Below, piece after piece: positions 12,900-25,892 of a DNA stretch of 64,000 nucleotides (positions are counted from its first letter, which is position 1; each line of letters begins with the position of its first letter). Origin of the DNA: Vitrella brassicaformis CCMP3155. Lineage: Eukaryota; Protista; Chromerida. The notes beneath the pieces were generated by a model. The model was not told the DNA's origin. It saw only the letters and a program-made list of their open reading frames with translations, and made no database searches. A program made the position numbers and the translations under genes. The stretch lies in the NCBI GenBank assembly GCA_001179505.1, contig CDMY01000373.1:31784-95783 (forward strand), given 5' to 3'.

Positions 12900-15200
12900 A
12901 GATCTCTCTCTGTGTGTGTGTGTGTGTGTGCGTGTGTGCGTGTGTGTTCAGGTAGGGTTCGATTTTCGGAGTCTGTTGGAGTTACCTCCTGGGGCCCTCG
13001 CTGCAGCCGTAGCTGCTGCAGCCGCCAACCCGCCATCACTGCAGTCGCCACCGCCCACATAATTATTAATGAGGCTGAACGCGGGCAGGGCAGTGAGGCC
13101 AAGCAAGGCACTATGGCCGTGGGGGAGTTTCTTGTGCTGACATTTAGTACTGTCTGTCTGTCTGTCTGCGTCATGAAGTGGGGAAGCCAGCAGAGGGGAG
13201 AGGAGGGGAGAGGGGTCAATTATTGATTTTTGTAGCCAGAGAGAGCTCTATCTATCTGCCCGTCCGTCTGTTCTGTTTTGAGGCTCTGAGGGACGGAAGA
13301 ATGCAGCCAGCGAGAGACGTCTGTCTCTCTGTGTGTGAGAGCGAGTGGATGTACACGAAAATCAATTAGCTATGCCGAGGTGAGCGGGGCGAGGCGGGGC
13401 GGGGCGGGGCGAGGAGAGGAGAGGAGAGGAGAGAGATTGGGCCGATCCATATGTCACCTGCATACACACGCACAGAGAGAGAGAGAGAGAGATTGGGGGC
13501 AGCCGTGACTCTGCTGCATGTGTGAGCGTCTTGTCTGTGTCCATCACGATGTGTGAGGCATTCTGATAGAATCTGCCGAAGCGTGATGCGTACATGCATG
13601 TGATGATGGCATAATGGCCGTCTGTCTCCCTGCCTCTGACTGACTGACTGACCAAGTGGGAAAATGACTTTGTCCACCGATGGCAGCCAGCTGGTGCCAC
13701 ATCCATCCATCCATCCATCCACACGTATTTTTCACCGAGCGATTTTGCTGCATGCGCATGAATGCATGAGCGAACGAATTTGCATGATGTGCGATGAGTG
13801 AGTGAGTGGAGATAACAAATGCACACTAAACGGGTCGGCGGCGAGACAAGCGATGATGGGCGTGTGCGTGCGGCCTTAACGAGATATGGATTGATCGATC
13901 TTCGCACAAAATCCATGACATCTCGTCCATAGTCAGGAGCTCATGCCGGTTGGTCAGCCTGACTGCATGCGCATGACTTGTGGATGTGCATCAACGTGGT
14001 GCGGTGGACAGCGGCCGATTGATTGATTCATTGACCTCCCATGAAGTACGTCTGTCTGTCTGTCTGCGACCGTCACACTCACACACACGACACACACACC
14101 GACACAACCATACAATGATTGTACGGTATACACCCCGTCCGTCCGTCCACCTCCCCCCTCACCTCACCCAGTCACTCCCCATTCCACCCACTGACTGATG
14201 CGATGACATGTGTGATGTGAGGGGAACAATACGCATTAGATCCATCCACACACACCCCCCCACTCACCCACCATGTGTGACGAGTGTGCGCATGCTGTCT
14301 GGCGCATCACATCGGTTGCCCGCCCTCTCTCGTTCTCTCACCATCTCTCTCTCTCTCTCTCTCTCTTTCACTCTCTCGCTCTCATAGCTCACGCACACAC
14401 GCACGAAAAATGCCCCGTCCATCGATCGAGCAGCCAACAGGCACCACCACGCCTGGCTGCCTGCCTGATGGACAACAGAAATACACTAGCTAGCTACACC
14501 CACCCATTCACTTCACTTGGACACACCGACGCATCGCATCGACTCAGTCGAGTCACGCGCTGTCTTCTGTTGTGTCCCACCCCATCAGCGATACGGTGCT
14601 ACCCCCCTCCCCTCCTCCCTGCCCACAGACCCACAGGCACACTCACACACACGTGATGTGTGTCGGACTGGGAGTGAGTGGGCGTCATCAGGTCAGGTCA
14701 TGGGAAGTGCGATGTGATACGATGAGATGCGATGCCAACACAGTGAGTGGCACAGCACAGATGAGGACTGAGTGAGTGTGTGTGGTGTGAAAAAGGCCCG
14801 CTCTCTCGGGAGTCCCCGACGAGCGGCATCCGGCTCATCATCCCTGACGACGGCCTCAGCCCATCCATCCATCCATCCATGCGACTGCCTGGCCCACCCA
14901 CCCCACACATGCATCCCTCTCTCCCCCCTCCTTGGCCGTCTGCATAAAGGTGCACAAATACACACACACAAGGGTGGTGGGTGGTGGCCGGCAGGTACTC
15001 TCTCTCTCTCTCTCTCTCCGCCCTCTCGATAAACAAGCCGTCGGCCGCAGAGAAAGCAAGAAGCAGGAAGCAGAAGAGCGAGTCGCATGGATGGCATGGC
15101 ATGCGACGCAGCCCTTACTTAGGCCCTTACGCATTCGTTCGTTCGACAATAATGGTAATAAACTACACACATAAACTAAAGCGACTGGCTTGACCTAACC
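12900..15200. repeat. Microsatellite-rich intergenic region ((TG)n, (GA)n, (GGAT)n, (GACT)n)
   Basis: Simple repeats are directly visible; no convincing spliced coding sequence. Confidence 0.7.
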
Positions 15201-15287
15201 GACGGACGCCACACACAGAGAGGCGGGCAGAGGAGAGCAGAGGAGGGAGGAGATCTCGAATCCCTCAACCAGCCAACACCTGTCTCT

Positions 15288-15551
15288 CTATGCCCTAGGA
15301 GTGCCCGCACACACCCCCGTGACGATGTGCTGGAAGATGCTGCCCAGACAGGCGCCCATGCTGCCCCCCGGCATCCCATCGCGCTTGCTGCCCTTCCCGC
15401 CGGGCGACACGGTGTCCTTCTTCCAGGCTCGGTCCTTGTGCCCGCGCCATCGGCGGAACCCCTGACGCGTCAGCATCCTCTCCACGGCCTTCAGGTTCAC
15501 CTCGCTCGTCGCGTCGATCGGGAAGATGGCGTCTAGGAGACCACAGGGACC

Positions 15552-15586
<35 letters not shown>

Positions 15587-18500
15587 GTGGGGGCATGTGG
15601 GTGGGTGTGTTGAGTGGGGGCGCGTGTACCGAAAGATGAGACGTGGAGGTTGACGGATCGGAGGTTGGGGAAGACCTCCATCACCTGACGACCCAGCTGC
15701 GTCGATATCTGATAATTGACAAACCACACACACACAACGCAAAGAAGACACACACAACAGAGACATACACACATGTACACCAGCCCCCTTCAACTCGATG
15801 GCCTGCCTCCCTCGATCTGTGTCTGTAGGGCTGTACCTACCTCCTGTGTGAAGCCGTCGCTCTCCCTCCACCCGTTGGACGCCAGCAGCGTCTGCAACGC
15901 CGGACCGTCCACATGCTGATCCCTCTCCCTCTCCCTCCCCTTGGCCCCATGGTGGTGGTGGTGGTGATGACGCACACACGCACCGCTGCCGCTGGTGGGG
16001 GCCGTGGTGCTGGTGGTAGTGGCAGCGGATGGGGGTGTCGCGAGTGCGGCCATGCTGGCCCTCCTGGCGGCTCTGTCGCGCGCCCTCTGTTCCTGCAGCT
16101 GCCTGGCGGTCTCGATGAGGGACTCGAGCATGGGTCTGCGGACGGGTGCGAGGATGATCTCTTGGACGGAGAAGAAGGCCGGCAGGTTGTGCAGCACGTG
16201 GCCCACCCACTGCTGGTAGCCCTCCACATAGCTGAAGTCGCCACCTGCAGTAACAACCCAGTCACACCACAGCACATCAATCACATCACATCCACACACA
16301 CGCCTCTCCCCCTCCCCCCCCCCGTCTCTCTTGAGGCATCCTGCTTACCAACGGCGAGCGTGGTCAGTTTGGTCAGGTGCCTCAGAAAGGCAAAGTGCGT
16401 GTCGATGGTGGCCCTCAGCCGCGGCGCCAGACACAGCAGCGCCTGAGCGTACAGCGGCGCCAGGCCCTCCACCTGCCCGCCCTCCAGCACCACATCCCAC
16501 GGCAGGTTCACACACAGCCGCAGGTCACTCAGGTTGGCGCACTTGAAGGCCGGGTGGAAGGCGTAGAATGGTGGGAAGGTGCTGTTGGCGGCCCAGCCGA
16601 GCTCCTCCAGCTTGGGGAAATCGCACGCGGGGAACACCGGAATGGCTTTCCGGTACACACGCACACGCGTGAGCCTCGTCGACCCCCCGATGAGCGATGA
16701 CGGCGATGACCCGCCCCCACTGCCCGTCGGCAGCGGCGCGAAGGTCACCCTCCGCTCCCGGCGGTTTGTTGTGGCTGCTGTGGGTGTGTCGTCGTCGTTC
16801 TCCTCTGCCGCTGCTGCTGCTGCGAGAGAGGATGGGGGCGAGGCCGGTGCGCTGTGGGGGGCGGAGGGGGGCGATGGCGGGGCCGCCTGGGTGACAGACA
16901 CTCCCACGGCATGAGGGTCCGCCGGCGATGCCGGTGCATCGTTGACGAGCGAGCAGCAGAGGCACACTCGTCTGAGCGACAGCCGGGACCTCTCGAGAAA
17001 CCGCTGGCACTCAAGTGCGTGCAGCTCTGCGGGCGAGAAGAGGAAGATCTCCTCCAGGTGTCGCGCGTCGGCCAGGAGGTGCTCCGCGCCGCCGCAGCAG
17101 TGCCTGCAGCTGCTGCGGCACACGAGGTCCAGCACACGAAGAGACCGCAGGCGCGCGCCAGACGAGAAGGCGAAGGCGCCGTTGCCGCGAGCAGTGGGGG
17201 AGGTGGGCGACGGCGGTGAGCGGGGGGTGGGTGTCAGTGTGGGGCGGGTGGACACCGAACTCGCCGATGCCGCTGATGCCGCTGATGCTGCCGATGACGA
17301 CGTCGGCTGCTCGTCATCATCTTCCTCGCTGCTCGTGTCCTCATCGCTGCCACTGGTAAGCGACTCGGACCTTTCTAACAGGCCCTCCCGCCTCAGCCTC
17401 TTCCTCTGCCGCCTCCTCCTCACGGCGACCACTTTGCTCTCGGAGTCGTTGTCGTCGTCATCGGTGGTGCAGGCCATCGAGCTGGCGGCCGTCTCGTGGG
17501 CGAGGGACAGGTGCGTCAGGTGGGGGAACTCGCGGGCAGGGACGGTGTACGGTGGCGGGGCGGGGCGTGCGAGCAGCATGGGGAAGGGGTGGGATGGCCT
17601 GACGGGGTCGCCCAGCAGCTGCAGCCTCACGCTGGAGAGAGTGGGGGCGTTCTTTGCGAGGGTGCGATTGAAGTCGGAGGGCGGGAGGAGGGCGGGGGGG
17701 ATGCTCGTGAGGGTCAGCGTCTGACAGACAGCAACACACAACACAACAAGCAATGCAGTACATGCCCATCAGTCAGTGTGTTGCAGCTGGGGCCGGGCCT
17801 CACTCGTTGACTGACTCACTCCTTACCTCCAGCTTGTGGAAGTGCCGGATAAACCGTCCCAGCCTCCCCCGGCACTCCCGCATCTTCTCGGCACGGCTAA
17901 GCGAACCACCACCACCACACACGCCACCAACGCGGTCCTTCGGGCTGGGACACGACCCGCTCCACCGCACCGCTCCCCTGCCGAGCCGCCTCTCCCTCTC
18001 CCCCCTGCCCCTCTCCCCTTCCCTCTCCTTGCCAAGCTCTATGTGCAGCGTCCGCACGGCCAACGCACGACTGAAGCCGCGACCTGGGCCGTCGATGCTT
18101 CTCAGTGCGATGGGGAGGGAGCAGGGTAGCTCGCTGTCGGCTTCTGGCTCCTTCCCCTGCTGCTGCTGCTGCTGGTGGAGGTCAGGGTCATCTGCTGGGG
18201 TGTTGGTGGGGCTGGTGGTGGGAATGGGGTTGGTCGTCTTTAGAGGGAGGCTGGTCCGCTTGACGAATCGCCTGTGCGGTTGTGAGGGCATGGTGAGCAG
18301 CCTGTGGAGCTGGTTGAGGCCCATGATGTGTAGGGTGTGGTAGTTGCGGGAGGCCTCCTCCCACGCCTGGCACACCAGCGCCGCCTTCAAAACCTCCTGG
18401 TCCGGACTGGAGATGAAGTCCAGAATGCTCATCACCACACTGATCATGATACACACACACACAGGCACAAAACCCCACAACGGATGCATGGAGCGTGTCG

Positions 18501-18632
18501 CGGCTTTGCTCCCTACCCAGTGGGGATGGCGTCGAGGTCGGCAGCCCTGTCTGCTGCCGCTGCGCCTTCGTGGACAGAAGGGGGAGTGCCCATCTGCCCC
18601 AAGCTGCCTCGCTTGCTGCACCGGTTGCCCAT
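15288..18632 (-). CDS. F-box protein with LRR-like C-terminal region and N-terminal MGxxCS acylation motif
   Basis: Exon 1 MGNRCSKRGS...DLDAIPTG splices to VVMSILDFISSPDQEVLKAALVCQAWEEA, an F-box consensus. Later exons carry LRR-like segments (FPHLTHLSL, LRSLRVLDL, FPKLEELGW, FLRHLTKLTTLAV, FPNLRSVNL). The 3' end is approximate. Confidence 0.72.
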
Positions 18633-19015
18633 GATGCGATCCACAGATGCGATGGACACGACTAGCGCTGCGGGTGGTCACGCGAGCGCGGTGGTTGCGG
18701 GTGGGAGGGCACCTCTCGAACGACAGGAAGGGCTCATGCGATGGGAAGGACGGCTTTGTGTCACATGATGCAGATGCGATGCCGTGGCGATAGCTGTGAG
18801 ATGCCGAACGTCTCTTTCTTTGGTGTCCAGATCTGCGCGAATGGAGTTAGGGCTCCCTCTCGCCAAAAAAAAGCCGCGAGCTTGGCGGAGGACCGAAGGA
18901 AGCCTCACAATCGGTGGTTCGGTGACTGCTGAACACGTTTCCATCCAAGATCTGCTGGATCCCGGCACCATGTGTGGAATTATTCTATGAGGATGCGAGA
19001 ACTTCAAGCAGCGAT

Positions 19016-20233
19016 ATGAGGAGGGCCTTTCCATCTCGGCAGCATCAGCATCAGCATCGCAACCAGAGTCAGCGTGGCTCGGCCTCATTCATCCTGAGGA
19101 CTCTCTTCCTGTTCGGCTTCCTCCTTCCGCCGCTCCGTGTGACGGCCTTCACCGCACCTCATCGGCCAAGGCCTCCACTGATAGATGCGTATGCGTCTTC
19201 ATCACAGAGCCCCTGTGCGTCACACGTCAGCCCGTGCCTCGTTGTGAGGATGATGGCCCTGCCGCAGCTGCAGCTGCCATGGTCGATACCTGAGCTGCTC
19301 GAGAGGGCCTCGACTGTGCCCGTGCCCTGCTATTTTCTCTATCTCATGGCTGCGGGAATCGGGTGAGAAGGGGGCTGGGTGGCCCAGGGTGGGAGGGCAG
19401 ACGAGGACGGAGCAATGGGTTGATGTCGTGTGTGTGTTGGCCATCCTCAATTGATTGCAGGATCCCTGTGTCTGAGGATGCGCTGTGCATCTTTGTGGGG
19501 ACGCTGCTGCCACAGCCAAGCTCGTGGAGCAAACGGGTCGCGACCGTCGCCACACTCTACGCAGGCACACACACACACAACCACACAACAAGAGAAAACG
19601 GGCGGACAGCCCACCCACGTCACGTCCGTCTGTTGACGTCAGGTGTGACTGTGAGCGACATGCTGACCTACTCCATCGGCGTGGCGCTCGAGAGGGGCCT
19701 TCTGGAGCCCATCAAGCACCGCATATTCCCTCACCATGGCGACGGCTGGCCGCCCAAGAACAGCCTCTGGGAGAGGGCTTTGCGGCGGGTGCAGTCGTCT
19801 GGCGGCGCCGTGGGCTTCGTGCAGCGGTGGATGGTCGGCGTCAGGTGCGCTTAGACGGGCGCATCAACCAGATGCATGGACGAGGCGAGAAGCAATGTGT
19901 GTGGTGTTGTGGCAGGTATCCGATAGCCCTTGTGTGTGGCTTCACTGGTGTGCCCTTCCGGTCGTTCGCCAGTGGTGTGCTTGGCGGGGCTGTGGGGACG
20001 CTGACCGTTCAGCTGGCGATAGGGTATGCGCTCCGGAACAACCCCAAGGCCACTGGCGTGATTGCCGCGGGCATTGCCACTTATTACATGGTCAGTGACT
20101 GATATCAGTCCATCAAGGGAATTACCGCGCACAGTGCGAACACACATCTGTCTGTCGTGTGTCGCTATCTGTGCAGCTGGGGGCGCCTCTTGCTGCGTTG
20201 GCGTCATCTGTGGTGTTGTATTTTGACTTCTGA
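19016..20233 (+). CDS. DedA/VTT-family membrane protein with putative bipartite (signal + transit) plastid leader
   Basis: Spliced GIPVSEDALCIFVG...LYAGVTVSDMLTYSIG...VGFVQRWMVGVRYPIALVCGFTGVPFRSF matches DedA motifs (P.PED, GD...Y..G, RF.PG.R). The leader contains a hydrophobic stretch LFLFGFLLPPLRVTA followed by F. Confidence 0.72.
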
Positions 20234-20627
20234 GAGAGAGGCTGGCGCCAAGCAGCAGCCGGGGCGACGAGAGAGCAGGGGAGGGGACAGAGAAGGACAA
20301 GGGGCAGTGAGTGAGGGGTGTCTGTGTAAGCTATATAGTGCTGCCGTGTATATGCGTGTGCGGTGTGTAGTGTGTAGTCTGTGTGTAGTGTGTGTAGAAT
20401 CCTCTTCTTGAGATTTTGGAGCATAGGTTTTGTGGTTTTCGATCGAGATCGATCGATCTTCACATTTTGACGTCCGTTGTCCTTTGTGCATACACATGAA
20501 TCAAAACACTCAATGAAGGGGCTGGCCTCCACAGAAATCCATCACCGCAAAACTGAGGGCATGTAATCGATAAAAGGCAAGAAAGCAGAGGAAAGGACAC
20601 AAACGGCAGGTCCATCTTACACACGAG

Positions 20628-21485
20628 TCACTCAGATGATAGCCAGCAGCCGCAGATGATAGCCAGCAGCCGCAGCTCGATGAACCTGTCCTCCCCAGCG
20701 GAATACACCTTGCCCGGCACCAGCAGACGCCGCACCTCCCCCACACACATCGACAGGATCGCCTCCCGACGCCACTCGTTCATATCCCCCATGTCGCCCA
20801 CGCGGCCCTCCTGGCCCAGCCCCTCGCAAATCTTGTCCTCGCCGTCGAACCCATCGGCCCACCCCACTATGTCGTACCTCACCGTCTGCTCGCGAGACGG
20901 CGGTTCGCCGCTGCCCCGTGCGACCACCTGGTGGCGCGTGCCGGACGGGAACCGGATGAAGGCAGCGCTGCATATGAAAAGGAACAAACATAGCAGGCAC
21001 AGCACGACGGAGCGTTTGCAGTTAAGGCGGGAGCCCTTCTCTCTCCTCCCTCTCACTTGGTCTCGACGAGAAGAGCGGTGGGTCTGCCGTCGGTCTTGAC
21101 GCCATACATGTCGGCGTTGATGCTAAAGGCCCTCTGCGCCGCCACAGTGTCGGTCATCGTCAGCGGCACACCCGCCTCATCGGGCGAGGCGCCGAGCCGT
21201 TTGCGGCGATAGTGGTCGACCAGCCGACTCATGTGGTCGGGCGGGACGTCCTCCACTGGCCTGGACCACCTGATACCACAGACACACACGCGCGCAGCAT
21301 ATGTGCCTGGGTGCTCTGTCTCTTTCCAAGGCTTGCTCACATATCAATGCGGTTCCGAAGTTTGTCGCTCATTTCGTCGACGGTCGATTGTGTGGTGGCT
21401 ATTGTCTCTCCGCACATCTCCACGGAGCGAATCACTTCATCGCCACTCACAGGTCGCAGAAACGGCGTGACTGCCTGATTACACA

Positions 21486-21525
<40 letters not shown>

Positions 21526-22392
21526 CAAAGAGAGAGATGTAGAGATCTGCCTGTTGCCTTCCGTTTGAGCACCCTTGTCATGTCACCTCTGCTTCGGTCA
21601 TGAGCTGCTCGTATCGGATCTTCTCTGCGCCAAGCTCTCCCTCGAGCTTGCTCTTCTTGTCGTGGTAGGCCTTGAGCACGTCATTGAGGGCCGTGACGAG
21701 TCCGCTGGCCGTGCTGGGGATGCCCTCCGCCGGCACCGATGGCGGCTGCCTGACCGCCGGCAGCTGCTCACCCTTGCCGGCAGGTGTCTGGCTGAGGTTG
21801 ATGGACGAGAGGAGCTTCTTGATCCAGAAGTCATGCAGACCTGCTCGCACACACACACACACACACATGCAAGATCCCGATACGAGCACTTTGGCCCTGG
21901 ACTTTGGCTGTCCATCGTGCCTTTGTGTTGACGCTTCTCCGCCTCGGTGAGCAGATGAGAGATCCAGAACCCATCCCGCCCGCCATCGCGTGTCGCCTGC
22001 TGGACAGCCCTCCCCTCCAAGATGGCCTTGTGGATGATCCTGAAGGCATCCGCGTCCACATCAAGGAACATCCGCTGACTGTCGTCTTCGATGAATAAGC
22101 CATCCCATCTCCCAGAGAACAGCGCCCCCAGCAGAGTCCCCTCCACGCCCTCTCCCTCCGTCAGGTGCTTTCGCACAAACCGCCGCTCGGTGCCGCCCAG
22201 ACTCAGCTGCAGCACGTCGTCAGGCGAGGCCGCTGATGGGTCAGCGATGCCGTGAGTGTGCATGCAGCCTTCGACGCTCTCCTGCATTGCGATGATCTCC
22301 TGCTCCAGCGGCTTGAGGCTCTCGCACAGGCGCACCACTGGCACGTGCAAGTGCGACAGAATCGAATGCTCGGTCAGGCTGTCGCTGTCCAT
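20628..22392 (-). CDS. KCTD-type BTB/POZ (T1) domain protein with C-terminal FKBP-like domain, paralogue 1
   Basis: LQLSLGGTERRFVRKHL...TLLGALFSGRWDGLFIEDDSQRMFLDVDADAF fits the BTB_2 pattern. The last exon SGTRHQVVARGSGEPP...VRYDIVGWADGFDG...EWRREAILSMCVGEVRRLLVP...FIELRLLAI fits the FKBP fold pattern. Confidence 0.78.
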
Positions 22393-22789
22393 GTGCCGAC
22401 AGCGACGCCCCAGCTGCAGAAAGACAGATTCTGAAAGAGCAACACATGCATGCGTCAAGCGGCTGCACTTGCGTGCGGCTTACCTGCTGATGATCTCCCG
22501 GTCTGTTCTCGCCTACACAACAGACGATTGCAGGCCGTGCGTCATCTGCCGACAATACAGCAACAAAGCCATTCATAAAGATTCACTCAGGTCAGTGTTG
22601 AGGGCTTCATTGTCACGTGTTCTACCTTCTGAAGGCATGAAAGGTCCTGATTTCCTGGGACTTTTTCCTGCGCCACTTGCGAGCTCAAGCCCGCAACGAA
22701 GTGGGAGAGATCTGGCGCAAGGAGCTCCTCCAGGGTCCCCTCTGTACCCCACTACTGCCTCTATCTTTCTTTTGACCATCTCGGCCACC

Positions 22790-24257
22790 ATGCTGACGGC
22801 CGTCCTCATCCCCTCTCTGCTGGCCCTCTTTGTCGCGCTCTTTACCCTCCCCGGCAGCCGAGCATTCATCCACAACGCCGCCCGCCACCCCCTCCCCACA
22901 CACGACAGCAGGCGGCCCTTCCGCAGAGACCTACTGAGGCATCCCACATCTCACTCGCGTGTCGCTCTCAACGGCATTCGGTGGCCCGGCTCCACCAAGC
23001 CGCCCGCCGACTCGTCTGGCGGCGAATCCGACGCCAATAAGCCCAATCCCAGGTGGTTTGGAGGCGGTCAGCACCAGGGCGGCAGCAACGGCGCAGGCAG
23101 CCAGGCCAACGCGCAGAGCAAGCAGCTGTTCGTGCCGGCCATCAACCCGTCCACTTCTGACTGGCGAGAGTTTCGGGCGCGGCTGGTGGCTGGGTCGCAG
23201 GGGCGGTTCGAGCAGAACAGCAAGAACATGCAGCTGATGAAGGGATCGGGGTGGATCCATTCTCTGGAGAATGTGGAGAAGGGGTGCTTGCTGATGGCCT
23301 CGCCGCGAGCCCGCTTTAATGGCGACTGCTTCGACCACTCGGTCGTGCTGGTGCTTTCCCATGACCCCGACCTGGGCAGCGTCGGCGTCATACTCAACTA
23401 CGTGAGCCTTTCTTCCCCCCCCTCAGGCACACACACATGCCGATGCATGCACGCGTGCATCCATGTGTTGTGTGTGATGCTTGGTTGTCTTGTTCAGCCT
23501 CTGTTCCAGCTTGGTCACCAGACAGACGCGCCTCGCGAGTTCCAGGACTGCTGGCTGTGCTATGGCGGGCCTGTGGGGACCAATGACGTCATCCTGCTGC
23601 ACAGCTGCAAAGACATTCCTGAGGCCAAGGTGCGTATGTGCGTGGCGGGCGGGCAACACATCCATCCGTGTGCCGCGGACGTGTGTGTGCCCGTGCGTGC
23701 AGGAGGTTGTCAAGGGCATCTATCAAGGCGGCGATCCTCATGCGTGTGCCGAGAGGATCAGGAACCAAAAGGCGTCTCCCAACGACTTTAGATTCTTCCT
23801 GCAGTTCGCCGCATGGTCAGCCACACGCACGCAACCCACACACGAATCAGGCGCGTTCCAATTCATGTGCCCATGTGTATTCCACTGCAGGGCGCCCGGT
23901 CAGCTGGAGCAGGAAGTCAATCTGGGATGGTGGGTGGTGGCCGCCCCCTCCACCGACCTCATTTGGAGCCTTCCCCCCGGCCCAAAACAGCCCTCCTCCT
24001 CCGACAAGTCTCCAGCCATATGGAAGCTCTGTCTGCAGCAGCTGGGCGGCGACAACGCCAACCTCGCGGCCAAGTCGGTCTTGGACGCCCCGCCAGGCGC
24101 GCTGGAGGCCGCAGAGGCAAGGGCTGCTTCTGCGACCCCCGCTGGTGCGCTGAGCGTGGGTGAGGGGCTGGAGGGTCCTGGTGGGGCGAGGGGAATATCG
24201 TTCTCATGGGATGGGCTGTTTGATAGTTCGGAGGGAGATAAGGAGGAAGAGTCATAG
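22790..24257 (+). CDS. DUF179/UPF0301 (AlgH/YqgE-like) protein with putative plastid-targeting leader
   Basis: Signal peptide MLTAVLIPSLLALFVALFTLPGSRA followed by F and an R/S/P-rich transit-like stretch. Conserved blocks DWREFRARLVA, GCLLMASP...FDHSVVLVLSHD...GVILN, YGGPVG and FRFFLQFAAW|APGQLEQEVNLGWW. Confidence 0.85.
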
Positions 24258-25390
24258 TGTGTGGTGGGTGGTGGGTGGGAGGGGCGTTTAAATCCCTGTG
24301 TGGCCGGCTGATTGTCACAAACAACAGATTGTTTTGTTTTGTTTGTTGGCGGCTGACCGGCTCACTGGGTTGGTGATTGAGTGCTTGGTGGGGTGTTTTC
24401 TGTGCGGTGGTGCTGAGAGGGAGGGGGGCGAGGGCTTGCTGGTGCACGTGTACAATACATGCAATGCCATGCGTAACTAGACAGGCAGGCAGGCAGGTGT
24501 CCTTTTTCGTGAACGGCCTGGCCTGCTCAATGAAGGAGACAAAAAGAAATGCTGGATGACGCCCTTGTGCCACGGCTGTTTATGGTCCTTTGAAAGGACA
24601 CACAGGCTCGGCTGCGTGCGGTGGATGCTTTGCGTGTGCGTGCCTTGTAACATACTTGTACATGTCTGCTGTGTCAGTGCGTGTGTCCATCCCTCCCCGC
24701 CCACCACTCACTCACTGACTGACGCCCCTCCCTGCTGTCTGTGTGCCTCTCGCCCTTTGGTTTCGCTTTTTGGCTGTTCCATGCACACGTGGGCGTTTTG
24801 TGTTGTCGCTGGCTAAGGACAGATAGAGCAGCATCCGTCTTCGACTTTGCATGGGGGTTTTGCGGATGTGACCGTTCTTCATCCTCCTTGGAACGCTGCA
24901 GCGATGCGGGCAGCCACCTGCGTAGGCGAGCTGCGTTGCCTGGAGGCTGGCGAACGGTCACATCCGGGAGGCACTGAGATCCTCCGCTGTGGCATTTTTC
25001 CAGTCGGCCACACGACGCCCACAGACACAACGTACACACGGTCTTTCTAATTTGACTGTGTATTGTTCCCACCCCTATCGTTCAATTTACATACGAGAAG
25101 AACTGTTCTCAATGACATTGTCGAGAATCGAGAACGACGGAGACGGCGAGACGGAGAAAAAAGAAAAAGAACTAGCAATCCCTTTCCACGCTGCCCTTTT
25201 CCCCGCGTTCCCGCTTTCGCTCCTGCGGTTCCCACCGCCGCGACTCACGTGCGCAGCCGATAGCGCAGCCATCACCCACGCCGACAGGAAAGAAGCCCGT
25301 CTGTTTCCGCCGTTTCTTGTATCTGAGTCGGCCTCGGCGCCACCGCGCCGTTCCCATGGCGCCGTTCCCCTTGTTCGAGCTTCCGCCTGC

Positions 25391-25515
25391 AATTACGCTG
25401 AGAACCACATCGGCCTTCAGGGCTGTGTCAATGATGTTCTCTTCTGGAGGGAAGCGCTGACCGAGAAGTTCGGATTTGACGCTGCCAACGTCAAGCTCCT
25501 CGTTGAAGAGGAGGG
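25391..25515 (+). pseudogene. Metacaspase (peptidase C14) N-terminal fragment
   Basis: CNYAENHIGLQGCVNDVLFWREALTEKFGFDAANVKLLVEE matches the metacaspase G.NY....L.GC.ND....L....GF...I..L.D motif. No catalytic His-Cys region follows. Confidence 0.7.
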
Positions 25516-25892
25516 TCACCAAAAAGGCGACGTGAAGCCGTTCCGACCCGCGAAGCCTCCCCTAAAGTAAGTGATGGACAAATATGTCCATGGCCTGTGC
25601 AGAGAACCTCTGCCATTTCTGTCATTTGTACGGACCAGTCGGAGCAGCAGCGGCAGGAGGAGCAGCAGCAGGCCACGAGAGCCATCCCGCCAGCCGTAAG
25701 TGGTGGATCAGATCCGATTCGGAATTGTACAACTGAAATGACAACTTGTATCACACATCAGGACGAGGGAGGCCAAGAGAAGGAGGAGAGGCTCACCTCC
25801 CTCTCTTTCCCGCAGCTCAAGAAGCTGCAGAAGCAGCACCTGGAGAATCGAGAACGACGGAGACGGCGAGACGGAGAAAAAAGGAAAAAATT

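Noticed and set aside
13000-15200. Short ORFs in the region after HSF
   Set aside because: They are dominated by microsatellite translation and have no consistent splice structure or domain signal.
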